A program made the position numbers and the translations under genes. Positions 1 to 10,965 of a stretch of 64,000 nucleotides of DNA are shown piece by piece; position 1 is the first letter of the stretch, and every line of letters starts with the position of its first letter. The stretch comes from an uncultured archaeon. GTDB taxonomy: Archaea; Thermoplasmatota; Thermoplasmata; Thermoplasmatales; Thermoplasmataceae. Under the pieces are notes generated by a model that did no database searches, was not told the origin of the DNA, and was given only the letters and a program-made list of their open reading frames with translations. Where the stretch lies: positions 160,001 to 224,000 of the forward strand of contig CP009479.1 of NCBI GenBank assembly GCA_000965745.1, given 5' to 3'.

Positions 1-2
1 CC

Positions 3-713
3 GATAAGATACAGGCATCAAGGGGCATTGGCTGGGTACCTGAGTTCCCAAATTTCGAGCCGAATGCACGGGCCATACCGCTACTGAAATATTATGCGGG
101 ATTCTATGGCATAAAGGGGCAGGAGGCCGAAAAGCTGGCCAGGGAACTGCTTAGGCAGGTTGACCTTGAACCGGCGGTGAGGAAGAAACTTCGCTCATAT
201 TCACAGGGAATGAAGAAGAGGTTCGCACTCGCATCTGCAATGTTCTCTTCCCCCCAGAACTTCCTCTTTGACGAGACCCTCAATGGCCTGGACCCTGAGG
301 GCATAAATTATCTCAGGAAACTGATAGTAAAATTCAAAGAAGAGGGGAAGGCGATTTTTCTTTCATCGCACATATTGAATGAGCTCGAAAACCTTGCCGA
401 CAGGACAATCATAATACACAGGGGAGAGATAATTGAAACTCTGAGCAGAGACAGGATGAGGAACCTTGGAAAGCCTGTCCTGAAGGTGAGGCTCAACAAG
501 GTTGATAGTCAAGCAATAAAGCTTCTCGAAGAGTACGGCACAGTGTCAGTTGAAGGCGACACCCTCACCGTTATTAACCTCAAATCGGGCCCGGGTTCAG
601 CGGATGATGTTAATGCTGAACTGATAAAGGCAGGCTACAAAGTCTCGATGTTCAACGTGCAGGGAGCCAGCCTCGAAGAGTATTTCTTCCAGCTTGTGGG
701 TGAGAAGAAATGA
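3..713 (+). CDS. ABC transporter ATP-binding protein (5'-truncated by window edge)
   Basis: Frame is open from position 3 (DKIQASRGIGWVPEFPNF...). Signature YSQGMKKR, Walker B FLFDE and H-loop SSHIL are present. Stop overlaps the next gene (ATGA). Confidence 0.93.
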   Translation, partial: DKIQASRGIGWVPEFPNFEPNARAIPLLKYYAGFYGIKGQEAEKLARELLRQVDLEPAVRKKLRSYSQGMKKRFALASAMFSSPQNFLFDETLNGLDPEGINYLRKLIVKFKEEGKAIFLSSHILNELENLADRTIIIHRGEIIETLSRDRMRNLGKPVLKVRLNKVDSQAIKLLEEYGTVSVEGDTLTVINLKSGPGSADDVNAELIKAGYKVSMFNVQGASLEEYFFQLVGEKK

Positions 714-2251
714 TACCTCTCTTGTATGAATTTATTCGCGCAATTAAAAGCAAAACAGTCATAATACTGACCGTTGTGATAATCCTTTTCTCTCTAGGTA
801 TAGCGTTTGGCCTTGCGACGGGCGTTACTACAACCTCTCCACAGAACCAGTACCAGACCTACGCCTATGGGTACGGATACAACGGAAGTTACAACTTCAC
901 TGTTATAATCCAAAACGGATACGGTGACCCTGTGCAGGGGTCAGTGGTGAACGTTAGCCTTCAAGACGGAGTAGTTCTCCATAAGCCAACAAATGCCAAT
1001 GGAATTGCAAATTTTACACTGACAAATGTGAATAGTTCAGTTCTGAGTCCTCAGCCGGGAACAAACTTCGCACTCCTTCAATTTAACTACACAACTACCC
1101 TTGGATTTCCAATTACTAATTCCATGATAGTATACACTACCGAGCAGAACAATTCCTATTTCTTCCATCAATACAGCGGTCTGGACTCCCCGAAGTCGAA
1201 CCTGTACAACAGTAGCAGATACTCCATGAATACGGTTTCAATCCATAATTTGCAGAACAGAAGAGGCATAAGTTTCCAGTATATGGGTGGATACAACAGT
1301 TCCATTCCAACGGTGAGCCTGTACTACGAGAAGTTCAACGTCAGCAATGGATACAGTCTTAATTTCAGCGCGCTCACTGAAAACAACATGACTCATTACG
1401 GCACCTACAACTCATACTTCCAGAAACTCAATCTTGAGAACCTGTCAGGTGGGAATAATGAAATGTATGTTTTCGCACTGTTCACACCATCAGGACAGAG
1501 GGTCTCTATTGTGCAGGTATTTGTCCAAACCAGTGCAAGCAGCACTAATGTAAACAGCCTCTTCTTCTCCGGTGAGATGCTTCTCTTGGGTCTTTTTGTT
1601 CCTTTGATGGCTGCGGTTTCTGCGTATATGACGTATGGCAAGGATCGAACCGGTAATGTTCTGGAGTCCGTTCTGGTAAGGCCGGTATCTAGACGTGGGT
1701 TGTTGTTTTCCAGGTATGTTGCAAATACACTTGCTGTGCTGATAGCTGCTGTTGCTTCATTTGCCGTGACATCGATTGTTTTTGAACACTATCTGGGAAG
1801 AAGCCTGCCGGTAGATACCTTTACCTACGGCCTATGGGCATTATTCATAGGAATAGCCGGGTTCATAGGACTGGTTTATCTTGCTTCCAACTTCATGAAG
1901 TCGCAGGGAGCATTGCTTGGATTTGCGATGGCGATCTTCTTCGTGCTGGATTTCTTCTGGACATTCCTTGCCCTGATCCCAAACTTACTGGTGTCATATG
2001 TCCTCAGGCTCCCCATTGGAAGCCTTGCGTACGGAAAAGCACTCATCGCACTGGATTATTCCACGCCGGTGGGATTTGGCCAAATTGCAAACTACATACT
2101 CAGTGGAAGCACTGCGAGTCTTGTTGGGAATGTTCAAGGTGCAACGCTGGCTGATCTGGGCCTTACACCAACAGTTATGATTGCTCTTGGAATAGTGTGG
2201 ATAGTGGTCCCTATTGCCCTGGCAATATATTTCTTCTCCAAGAGGGATTGA
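710..2251 (+). CDS. ABC-2 type permease with large extracellular domain
   Basis: N-terminal TM helix, Asn/Ser/Thr-rich loop, KDRTGNVLESVLVRPVSRRGL motif and several C-terminal TM helices. Coupled to the ATPase gene. Confidence 0.88.
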   Translation: MIPLLYEFIRAIKSKTVIILTVVIILFSLGIAFGLATGVTTTSPQNQYQTYAYGYGYNGSYNFTVIIQNGYGDPVQGSVVNVSLQDGVVLHKPTNANGIANFTLTNVNSSVLSPQPGTNFALLQFNYTTTLGFPITNSMIVYTTEQNNSYFFHQYSGLDSPKSNLYNSSRYSMNTVSIHNLQNRRGISFQYMGGYNSSIPTVSLYYEKFNVSNGYSLNFSALTENNMTHYGTYNSYFQKLNLENLSGGNNEMYVFALFTPSGQRVSIVQVFVQTSASSTNVNSLFFSGEMLLLGLFVPLMAAVSAYMTYGKDRTGNVLESVLVRPVSRRGLLFSRYVANTLAVLIAAVASFAVTSIVFEHYLGRSLPVDTFTYGLWALFIGIAGFIGLVYLASNFMKSQGALLGFAMAIFFVLDFFWTFLALIPNLLVSYVLRLPIGSLAYGKALIALDYSTPVGFGQIANYILSGSTASLVGNVQGATLADLGLTPTVMIALGIVWIVVPIALAIYFFSKRD

Positions 2252-2485
2252 GAGCCTTAATATGAATGAGTTAAATTTTATTCCCTTTTTTATATTTATT
2301 TTCCTCTGAATTTTTCTTGTTCCTACAAGAGCAAATGGTAAAGCATTTACACAATTCAGCTAGTTTTCAATATAATAAAAGTTGTTATTCCTCCAACGGA
2401 TTAATGAACCTGCAGGGAGAGAGCCGACATACCCTCTGTCTACTGCGGTCCTGCTGATATCTGGTTTAGCGTTGAACTTTAATAT

Positions 2486-3740
2486 GGGTGTCCCCTAAAA
2501 GTTGGGGGTAACCTGAGACATCCTGCCAACAGATAGCTTATATTCTTGGGCACTGAAGCCATAGGACCGCTTGAATGCGATACGGATCCTGTTTTTTCAG
2601 GCCTTCAACAATGCCTGAACTTATGCCCGATCTTATTGCTTCGAGAATGCCTTCCATGTGCCGCCACATGGACTTTGCAAGCCTGATGATCTCGGGCATC
2701 CTTGACCTTCTTGCCCAGGATATCCACTTTGCAAGATAGTCCACAACCATCTCATTTCTCAGGGACCAGAGCCTCTGCAGTGACTCCTTGAAATGATATG
2801 CATGTGTGACCTGGAGATCGAGCTTCCTGATATCTTTCAGCTTCTCCTTCTGCTTTTCACTGAGCTTATCAGGATTCATGAACAATGTGTACCGAGTGCC
2901 CTTGAGTATGACATTCTCCCTGGCCTCCTTCCTCCTGATTTTATCAAGTGCATCGTTCATCATCTTGATCACATGGAAGTGATCAAAGACGATCTGAGAG
3001 TCGGGGATATACTTCTCAGCACCGGATATGAACGATGGATCCATGTCCATGGAGACATGCTCTATTCCTTTCGGATCAATGAACGGATTCTTCTGCAGGA
3101 ATCTGAGGAACACCTCCGATTCCTTTCCCTCCTCGATGTGAATTATCCTGCTGTTCCTTATGTCGTAGAACAGCGTCGCATAAACATGATGCTTTTCAAC
3201 TGAGAATTCATCAACTCCCGGCACTGAAATATCCGAGATATCCTGCTCCTTTCTTGCCTCTTCAACATAGTGCCTGAGGATTCTCCACACAGAATCGTCG
3301 CTTATTCCGATCATTCTTGATACGGCGAGTGGAGGCATTTCCCTGCACATCTCCACTATCATCGCCTCGAAGTGAAGGGAGAAGCCTGATCCCCTGCTTG
3401 CCCATGGCATGTCCACCGTCTTCTTCCCATGCTCGGAGCAGAGTATCCTAAGCTCCCTTGCATGCACGTACGTGGGGTACTGGAAAATGTTCAGGTGCCT
3501 CCATGTCCTCTCAGTTGTGTCGTGCACTCCCGCCGATTCATGACACACGGGACATGGGAATTTAGAGCCTCTGGGGAAATCAATGGTGATGTCCACCCTC
3601 TTCTCATTGTGATCAAACCTTATTTCCTTTATTTTCCAGGGTTCCTCAAGGCATAGAAGCTTACTGAACAATCCCTCTGAATCCATGGATTGTGATCGAA
3701 AAGGAATTTATTATTTACCCCCAGTGATCGAGAGAGAACC
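2486..3740 (-). mobile_element. ISL3-family insertion sequence (degenerate)
   Basis: Imperfect terminal IRs GGTTCTCTCTCGATCACTGGGGGTAA (3740, minus strand) and GGGTGTCCCCTAAAAGTTGGGGGTAA (2486) enclose an ISL3 transposase. No matching target duplication seen. Confidence 0.85.
2538..3686 (-). pseudogene. ISL3 transposase, C-terminal frameshift
   Basis: Zn-finger CPVC...CSEHG plus GVDEF, VSMDM and VFDHFHV motifs. After VEGL the expected NRIRIAFKRSYGF continues in another frame after an A-run near 2592-2597. Confidence 0.85.
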
Positions 3741-4373
3741 TCTTTTATTCAACACATCCTGAACCAATGGCATGAGTTCTTCAGGTATACGCAGGTCCCT
3801 CTTATCAAAATCTATAATTTTTGACAGCTCAAGTTCAGACAGCAATGTGTTGTAGCCCTGGCCTTTTACACCTTGTTTGAACCCTTTCCTCCCCGCCAGT
3901 GTCTGGTTCTCGTAGTAGTTTCTATATCTTCTCCCCTCTTCATTAAGTTCTAAAATCGCATTGAGGACTGATCCTCCTTGGTTTCCAAATTTTTCAAGGA
4001 ATTCTTTGATCCGATCTCTGAACATGTCCCAATTTGAACTTTGTGTGAACTCCTTATTTTTTCCATTAAACGTGTAATATTCCCCGTTGAAATCATAGAA
4101 ATCGTTGAGCATCTCCTTGTTTTGTGATAGCCAGTCATTTAACTTCTGATCTGAAATCAGCCTTGCAACCTCTTTGGTCACTTTGTCACTATCAAATCCT
4201 TTGTATTTGTCGTCGTAGCCGTTATCATTGAAGCCAAGACAGTAGTCCGATTTCAGTTCTCTGCACAACTTGAACAGTAGGTTTTCCTCCAGGGTTCTGC
4301 CAGAATAAGACTGAGGACATATTTTTGAAAGGAGAAGAAATCGCTCTTCCTCTTTAGAATTATGTCTGCTCAT
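3711..4373 (-). CDS. hypothetical protein (possible C-terminal winged helix); last codons supplied by the ISL3 end
   Basis: 220-aa ORF with an AT-rich TATA-like upstream region. The final residues GSLSITGGK are read from the IS inverted repeat. Confidence 0.7.
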   Translation of the reverse strand: MSRHNSKEEERFLLLSKICPQSYSGRTLEENLLFKLCRELKSDYCLGFNDNGYDDKYKGFDSDKVTKEVARLISDQKLNDWLSQNKEMLNDFYDFNGEYYTFNGKNKEFTQSSNWDMFRDRIKEFLEKFGNQGGSVLNAILELNEEGRRYRNYYENQTLAGRKGFKQGVKGQGYNTLLSELELSKIIDFDKRDLRIPEELMPLVQDVLNKRGSLSITGGK

Positions 4374-4815
4374 ATTTTGTTAGCAGTAATCTGGATAAAT
4401 ATCTTTCCCTTCATGACATAATGTATTGACTCATGTGTTCCGACCCGTTAAAATCGCTTCTAATCGAACCAGAATGACACCTTGAGTTGAGTCTATGGGG
4501 CACCCTTTTTCTTTCCATTAATCTTCCATCACTTGTAACTTCACGGGTCAAGCTTGCACGGAATTCAAGAAGTCATTTCTTTCAGAGTAGACGCCGAGTA
4601 GGCAAGGATCAGACTGGAAAATGCAAATCACATGGTATCAGCAAAAGTAACCAAAAAATAGCGTAACAAAACTTCTCCCTGATGTCGGTGATTATGTGAG
4701 GGGGAAAGATCATCTGGAGTTCATATCATGCCTGATTAGTGCTTCACCGAATAGCTCTCGCCCTTCTGAATGGTAAAAATGTTTATATTCTATATCACGT
4801 AAATCCCGATAGAGG

Positions 4816-5913
4816 GTGTTTTTAATCGAGACTCAGAAGTTGACTGCAAAACTAAAATATGCTTTTAATGAACTGTCGAAAGACAGGGGTGTTGGATATA
4901 ACCTATTTTTCGTTTGGCCTGTATTCTCGCAAAACCTGATTTATACACTTCAGAAGGCTGGAGCAGAAAAGATCTCACCAAACCAATATCGTGTTATGTG
5001 TACTCAGAACGATGTCAGTTTCTATAGAACGAGGAAACTGTTCGGATCTGATTTTGTTGTAAATGTCTTGGAAGGTGATCAGTATGGCGTTGTAAATGGA
5101 GTTATTAATAAAACGAATTGGAGGGATATTGGAAAAGCAAAATTGGCATTACGCGAGGTTGGACTTAACAACGTTAGCATAACACCTACCTCGTTGTACA
5201 ATTTTTTACTTAACACTCATAATTACGAAGGTTTTCTTCTGAAAGAGTACAGAGCAGGTGCCCCCAAGCTTCAATCTTACTTTAAGGATGACCATGTAGA
5301 TGTTAATCAGAGAATTGTGCTAGAAAAATTAGAAAATGATTGGGCATACGGAATCCGCCCCTATCAAGCAACGCTTAAAGAACCCAGTAAGAGTGTCGAG
5401 ATAAGATTTTACAGTCAAGGTTTTATTTCTATGGCTGTTCTTCCAAAGAGCTTTGGTGTTGTTACAAAACTTATAAGCCACATGTTTAAGGATCATCAAA
5501 AGGCTTTAAATAAGGTATCAGAAGCTGGTAGAGAGCGTTTAAAAACTCCCTCGGTCAACTTGGTTAGACACAAGAATTTGATCCTAAGGCTTGAAGATTA
5601 TGATACTGCATCGAACGGCAAATCACAATCGGCCTTGAGTTACGATGAGGACCGTTTAAATAGCCTTCTTTTGTATCTATCGGAATTTGCCGAGATCTAT
5701 GGAAAGAGGATAGAGGGGCGTTCGTTGGTTTTTAACCTATTATATGAGAAGACACCAGAAAGCGATGAAGTTAATCCAACATTTTCAGTAGACATAACCC
5801 CTAAAAGAGTTCTCGTTAGCCCTACGGGCCCTGTGAACAAAGAGAACTTGATCCATCTGTATTACGGAATAGAAAGGTTCTATAACGTAACTTCAAAGAG
5901 TGATGTAAATTAA
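4816..5913 (+). CDS. uncharacterised protein A1 (paralog of 17680..18567)
   Basis: 365-aa ORF with GAGG upstream of the GTG start. Colinear similarity to the 295-aa ORF at 17680..18567. Confidence 0.8.
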   Translation: MFLIETQKLTAKLKYAFNELSKDRGVGYNLFFVWPVFSQNLIYTLQKAGAEKISPNQYRVMCTQNDVSFYRTRKLFGSDFVVNVLEGDQYGVVNGVINKTNWRDIGKAKLALREVGLNNVSITPTSLYNFLLNTHNYEGFLLKEYRAGAPKLQSYFKDDHVDVNQRIVLEKLENDWAYGIRPYQATLKEPSKSVEIRFYSQGFISMAVLPKSFGVVTKLISHMFKDHQKALNKVSEAGRERLKTPSVNLVRHKNLILRLEDYDTASNGKSQSALSYDEDRLNSLLLYLSEFAEIYGKRIEGRSLVFNLLYEKTPESDEVNPTFSVDITPKRVLVSPTGPVNKENLIHLYYGIERFYNVTSKSDVN

Positions 5914-6952
5914 ATCTCCAAACAAAGAGAAGAGGGAAACTCATATCCGAAGAGCAATCGAACATGCAAAATTCAAATATGTAATTCAAAGGTTGTTCAA
6001 CGACGAAAATGCTACACACGGACACGCTTATCTGGCGTCAGACATTTTTACCTCATTAGAGGATAAGAAGGATGGGTCATGGGACCTCTTAATATGTGAA
6101 ATAGAGGGCTTAGTAAAGAATGAGATCCACCCTATATTTATTGAGGTCAAGTCAACCTTCGAAGACAATGAAAAGTTAGTGGGAGAGATTGTAGCCAAGA
6201 TCAAAAAAACTGAAGAGCTGGCCAAGAACAACGTTCAAGACCTGATACTATCTCAAATATCGGCTGTTGACCCAAAGAAATTCACAATGAGGTGGGATAA
6301 AGCCGAATATGTTGTATTCATTCCAGGCAGACTTTCCATGGGCATCGTTGACTATATTGCCTCTAATTCAAAGAAATGGAAGAATAAAACAGGACTGGTG
6401 ATTTGGTCATACGACAAGGGAGACACTGAACGAGATGTAATACAAATTCCTTATAACCATAGAAATGATATCAAGACTTGTCGAAATATTGACAATGCCA
6501 AATGTAACCTATGCCTATGTAATCATTATAGCTCAAAGATGGCCTCGTTCTTCAGGCATGTTGACAAGCAGGAATTGGAAAAGCCAAGAATAATGCCTTC
6601 TAAGCACAAGTATGTAGACCCAGTTGTAAACATTATTTCAATACTTCACGTGGGAAAATTATTCAGATCTAATGAGAAGAATCTCACCTTGAACGACATC
6701 AAGGAACGTGTTAAACGTTTTTTTATTGATTATAGTATCGAATTGGACAAACAAGAGATTGAATTTTTGATTTACCTGATGAATCGCGGAAAGATTATCC
6801 TTAAAACAAAGGGAGATCCAATGGGAGCTTATCACTTGAATAAGGATATTGCAGATGCTCTAGAAGATGAGAAGCTATTAACGGAAGAAATCGTGAAGCG
6901 AACAGTAAACAACAAGCTGCCTGACACCTTCCTCGAACAATTTGATAAATAG
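5909..6952 (+). CDS. putative PD-(D/E)xK nuclease B1 with Cys cluster, wHTH-like region and PIP-like tail
   Basis: WDLLI...IFIEVKS nuclease motif, CRNIDNAKCNLCLCNH and C-terminal DTFLEQF. The frame is open from ATT 5909; the first standard start is TTG 5993. Confidence 0.7.
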   Translation: MKSPNKEKRETHIRRAIEHAKFKYVIQRLFNDENATHGHAYLASDIFTSLEDKKDGSWDLLICEIEGLVKNEIHPIFIEVKSTFEDNEKLVGEIVAKIKKTEELAKNNVQDLILSQISAVDPKKFTMRWDKAEYVVFIPGRLSMGIVDYIASNSKKWKNKTGLVIWSYDKGDTERDVIQIPYNHRNDIKTCRNIDNAKCNLCLCNHYSSKMASFFRHVDKQELEKPRIMPSKHKYVDPVVNIISILHVGKLFRSNEKNLTLNDIKERVKRFFIDYSIELDKQEIEFLIYLMNRGKIILKTKGDPMGAYHLNKDIADALEDEKLLTEEIVKRTVNNKLPDTFLEQFDK

Positions 6953-7152
6953 CCAAATCCCAGTCTTCACGTTAGAGAATTGTAACAGGTACAGAGACGA
7001 TGAGGAATGCATATAGATTTATCTGTGAGACATATTCAGGGCCTCCAGGGTAGGTAAAACCTGAACAGCGTGCATGGCATTGGCCTCGGCCATGCATATT
7101 GCCTTATTATTTAAAATTCTCAACCAGATAGATCTACTTCTGAATTACTGAA

Positions 7153-7353
7153 TTAACTGTGAGTTAATTCGTATTCTGCCAGTCTAAGGGCTGAAGTCAC
7201 CAAAGGATTGTACTCTCCATGTATGACATTTTCAAATAACCCTTCAACTTCCTTTACTGATCTTTTTGTAAGACCTGCATAATAATGCACAGCAATATCT
7301 CTGACGGCTTTTCCTGTTGATATTCTCGACTCTTCGGCTGTCAATTTTCTCAC
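7153..7353 (-). CDS. small hypothetical protein
   Basis: 66-aa ORF with GTG start and a TATA-like ATATTTAT about 30 nt upstream. Confidence 0.4.
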   Translation of the reverse strand: MRKLTAEESRISTGKAVRDIAVHYYAGLTKRSVKEVEGLFENVIHGEYNPLVTSALRLAEYELTHS

Positions 7354-7543
7354 CCGATATTCTTTAAATGAGAGGTAGATAAATATTTATGGACTTCCGT
7401 TAGGTCATTACGGCAAAAATTGAAAATACATTAGGTGAGATGTATCCATGTGTAAATGCCGGATCATAATCTCACTGAACATTTCTAGTTTATCTTCGAC
7501 GTCCTGACAAATAGGGTTTTATATCTACAAAGCTGGGATAGGA

Positions 7544-7912
7544 TCAGTATTGTTTTCTTTCTCTGGACTTATTTTCTAATCCGTATTTTTTAATTTTTTC
7601 GTAGAATGACTTTGGTTTGTTATCCACCTTCAATATAACAACTTTGATGTTATGTGGGCAGTCACCGTGCAGTCCTGAGTGCGCAATTTCACCGTCAATG
7701 TAGGAATCGCAACTCGCGTATGCATACAAGGATTCAAAGGGTGCCCGCATCCCAACTCCGCCACTGATAATGTCTCTGTGAAATCCGTTAAGGCTACTAA
7801 GCCTATATGTTGCTATCCGCCAGTCATTCCATTGTCTTCTTACCTTTACCAGAGTCTCTCTAGGATTCATCTCTTCGTTAGGCTTGCCCTTATCACTTTT
7901 CACTAAAATCAC
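7544..7912 (-). CDS. hypothetical protein with His/Cys-rich motif, coupled to hsdR
   Basis: 122 aa. The start overlaps the hsdR stop (GTGA). Contains SCD...[11 protein letters not shown]. Confidence 0.7.
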   Translation of the reverse strand: MILVKSDKGKPNEEMNPRETLVKVRRQWNDWRIATYRLSSLNGFHRDIISGGVGMRAPFESLYAYASCDSYIDGEIAHSGLHGDCPHNIKVVILKVDNKPKSFYEKIKKYGLENKSRERKQY

Positions 7913-10900
7913 TCTCCCTTGGCAATCAATTCAGCCTGCTTGATGACAGTTTCTGTTGCCTTCTTCTGCTTATCAGGAGGATAGCCATATTTCCTGAGTA
8001 TTCTCTTGACAGCTGCCCTGAGCTTAGCACGAACGTTCTCCCTCACTGTCCAGTCTATTGTTTTATTCTTCTTTACAGTGTCAACGAGTTCCAGAGCAAT
8101 CTCCCTCAGCGTTTCGTCTCCGAGAACCTTTACTGCAGAGTCGTTCACTTCAAGGGCATCATAGAATGCGAGTTCCTCTTCCGTCATCTTGAGGTCCGAA
8201 CCACGATCCGCGGATGCCTTGACCTCCCTGGCGAGTCCTATGAGTTCCTCTATTACCTGTGCTGCTTCCACTGTGTGGTTCTCATATCTCTTTATTGCAT
8301 CTTTGAGCATATCGGAAAACAATCTGGATTGAACCAGGTTCTTCCTCATGTGCGTACGAAGTTCATCGTTGATGAGTTTTTCAAGCAGTTCGAGTGCGAG
8401 ATTCCTCTGCCGCATGCTCTTGATTGAATTCAGGAACTCATCAGACATTATGGGGGATACATCCGGTTTCTTTATGCCGGCAGCCTCGAATATGTCAATA
8501 ATGCCCCTAGAACCTATGGCTTCAGAAATGATCTGCCTTATGGCTGTATCTGTCTCCTCCCTGCTTCTTTCCGTCGATACCGTGTGCTTGACGATCTGTG
8601 CCTTTATCGCCTGCAGGAATCCAACCTCGTCTCTCACCTCCAGAGCTTCCCTCATGGGAACTGCAAGGGAAAATGCCCTTGACAGTTCCGTTACTGCCTT
8701 TACAAATCTCTCCTTCCCCTGATCAACGCCGAGAATGAAGTTCAGAGCGTTGACAATAATGGTCATCCTCTGGCTACTGCCGGATCTGAAATATATGGAA
8801 TAATCAAAGCCGTGGAAGATATCCCTGCATACTTCCAGTTTCTCCAGCATGACCTTTACTGCTTCTTCCTGGTCAATACCAACGTCCCTCCTGTCTGATG
8901 GAGAATATGAGATAAGAGCACTCTTGAGATTGTATCCTATGCCGATGTAATCGACAATGAGGCCTCCCTGTTTATCCTTGAATACCCTGTTAACGCGGGC
9001 AATGGCCTGCATCAGATTATGCCCTTGCATGATCTTGTCAACATACATCGTATGAAGGATAGGAGCGTCAAATCCTGTGAGCCACATATCCCTGACTATT
9101 ACAATCTCAAGTGGATCATTGGGTCTCTTCAATCTTGAGGCAATATGCTCCCTTCTTGCCTTGTTTCTGATATGAGGTTGCATTTTCTGGGGATCGCTAG
9201 CAGATCCTGTCATTATGACTTTAATAGCACCTGTATCATCCTGATCGGAGTGCCATTCCGGTTTGATCCTGGTGATTGCATCATACATTTCAACGCAGAT
9301 CCTTCTGCTTGTGCATACGACAAGGGCTTTGCCAACCAATGCTGATTCTCTGGCTTCAAAATGCCTGACAATATCAGAAGCGATCTCGTCAATCCTGCTC
9401 TGTGTTCCGACAATGGCTTCTAATCGGGACCACTTGCTTTTCAATCGATCCTGGACTTGTTCTCCCTCCCCTTCTGTTATTTCATCAATCTCCTTGTTGA
9501 TGGAATCCAGTTCATCACGCTTGACATGCAGCTTGACAAGCCTCGCCTCATAGTATATGGGCACGGTGAATTTATCCTCGACAGACCTTTCGATATCATA
9601 GATGTCGATGTAGTCGCCAAATATCTGGACAGTTGTTCTGTCGCTCAGTTCAAGAGGAGTTGCGGTGAACCCGATGAAGGAAGCATTCGGCAGTGCGTCA
9701 TGGAGGTGCCTTGCAAATCCGTCTATGAAATCATACTGCGAGCGGTGTGCTTCATCCGCTATGACGATAACGTTCCTTCTCCCGGTGAGGAGAGGATCCA
9801 TATCATCAGTATCTGGTACAAACTTCTGAATTGTCGTGAAAATTATGCCACCTGAAGCAACCTTGAGCAATTCACGGAGGTTCTTTCTAGTTTCGGCCTG
9901 CACAGGTGTCTGTCTCAGCACCTCATGGCATCTTGAGAAACCATCGAAGAGCTGATTGTCAAGATCATTCCGGTCGGTCATAACGACAATGGTTGGGTTT
10001 TCAAGCGCGGGGTGCTGAATGATCTTACCGGCGTAGAATATCATGGTGATGCTCTTGCCGCTTCCCTGGGTGTGCCATACAACGCCTATCTTCCGATCGC
10101 CATTTTCCGATATGGCATTGAGAGTATTGTTCACAGTGGCATTGACCGCATTGTACTGGTGATAGCCTGCAATCTTCTTTGAAATATTGGATTTATCAAC
10201 CTCGAACAGAATGAAATTAACAATGATATCAAGAATCCTGTCCTTTGAAAAGACATCGTGAACCACTGTGTTCAGATCCGGCTTCCCCACTGGAACATTG
10301 CTCTTCCCCTGAACTGATCTCCACGGCATGAATCTCTGCCAGTCTGAGGTTATGGCCCCAATCTTTGCATCAATTCCGTCTGAGATTACAACGATCTCAT
10401 TGTAATGGAATATGGTGGGTATGTCGTTCTTGTATGTCTGGATCTGGTTGAATGCATCCTCCATGGTTGCATTTTCATTTGCAGGGTTTTTCAGCTCCAT
10501 TATCGCAATGGGAATGCCGTTGATGAAGACAACAACATCAGGCCTGCGTTCCTGCTTCTCCGCAACTGTAAACTGATTCACTACAAGGAAGTCATTATTT
10601 CCAATGTTCTTTGAATCGATCAACTTGAGTGTATCATACCTTACCCTCCCATCTTGATCCTTTGATTCTATTGTGATCCCGTCTGTGAGGTAGCGATGAA
10701 AAATGTGATTGTTCTCAACGATGCTTGGAGCATGATATGTTGTGATCTTCTTGACAGCCTCTTCCCACAAATTGCTGTCAATATTGTTTATTCTTGATAG
10801 GGCAGATTTTAGCCTGTCATACAGGATAACTGACCTGTAATCTCTCCTTTCAGGTGCTGAACCATCATATGCAATGTCCGGTCCGTTCTTCACATCGTAA

Positions 10901-10965
10901 CCTACCTCTCTGAACCATTCAAGGGTAGCATTCTCTGCATCAGATTCAGTGAAGAAACTACTCAT
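7909..10965 (-). CDS. hsdR: type I restriction endonuclease subunit R
   Basis: RRPDVV...MELKN nuclease motif, WHTQGSGKS Walker A, DEAH box, [14 protein letters not shown] and QAIARVNR. Confidence 0.97.
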   Translation of the reverse strand: MSSFFTESDAENATLEWFREVGYDVKNGPDIAYDGSAPERRDYRSVILYDRLKSALSRINNIDSNLWEEAVKKITTYHAPSIVENNHIFHRYLTDGITIESKDQDGRVRYDTLKLIDSKNIGNNDFLVVNQFTVAEKQERRPDVVVFINGIPIAIMELKNPANENATMEDAFNQIQTYKNDIPTIFHYNEIVVISDGIDAKIGAITSDWQRFMPWRSVQGKSNVPVGKPDLNTVVHDVFSKDRILDIIVNFILFEVDKSNISKKIAGYHQYNAVNATVNNTLNAISENGDRKIGVVWHTQGSGKSITMIFYAGKIIQHPALENPTIVVMTDRNDLDNQLFDGFSRCHEVLRQTPVQAETRKNLRELLKVASGGIIFTTIQKFVPDTDDMDPLLTGRRNVIVIADEAHRSQYDFIDGFARHLHDALPNASFIGFTATPLELSDRTTVQIFGDYIDIYDIERSVEDKFTVPIYYEARLVKLHVKRDELDSINKEIDEITEGEGEQVQDRLKSKWSRLEAIVGTQSRIDEIASDIVRHFEARESALVGKALVVCTSRRICVEMYDAITRIKPEWHSDQDDTGAIKVIMTGSASDPQKMQPHIRNKARREHIASRLKRPNDPLEIVIVRDMWLTGFDAPILHTMYVDKIMQGHNLMQAIARVNRVFKDKQGGLIVDYIGIGYNLKSALISYSPSDRRDVGIDQEEAVKVMLEKLEVCRDIFHGFDYSIYFRSGSSQRMTIIVNALNFILGVDQGKERFVKAVTELSRAFSLAVPMREALEVRDEVGFLQAIKAQIVKHTVSTERSREETDTAIRQIISEAIGSRGIIDIFEAAGIKKPDVSPIMSDEFLNSIKSMRQRNLALELLEKLINDELRTHMRKNLVQSRLFSDMLKDAIKRYENHTVEAAQVIEELIGLAREVKASADRGSDLKMTEEELAFYDALEVNDSAVKVLGDETLREIALELVDTVKKNKTIDWTVRENVRAKLRAAVKRILRKYGYPPDKQKKATETVIKQAELIAKGE

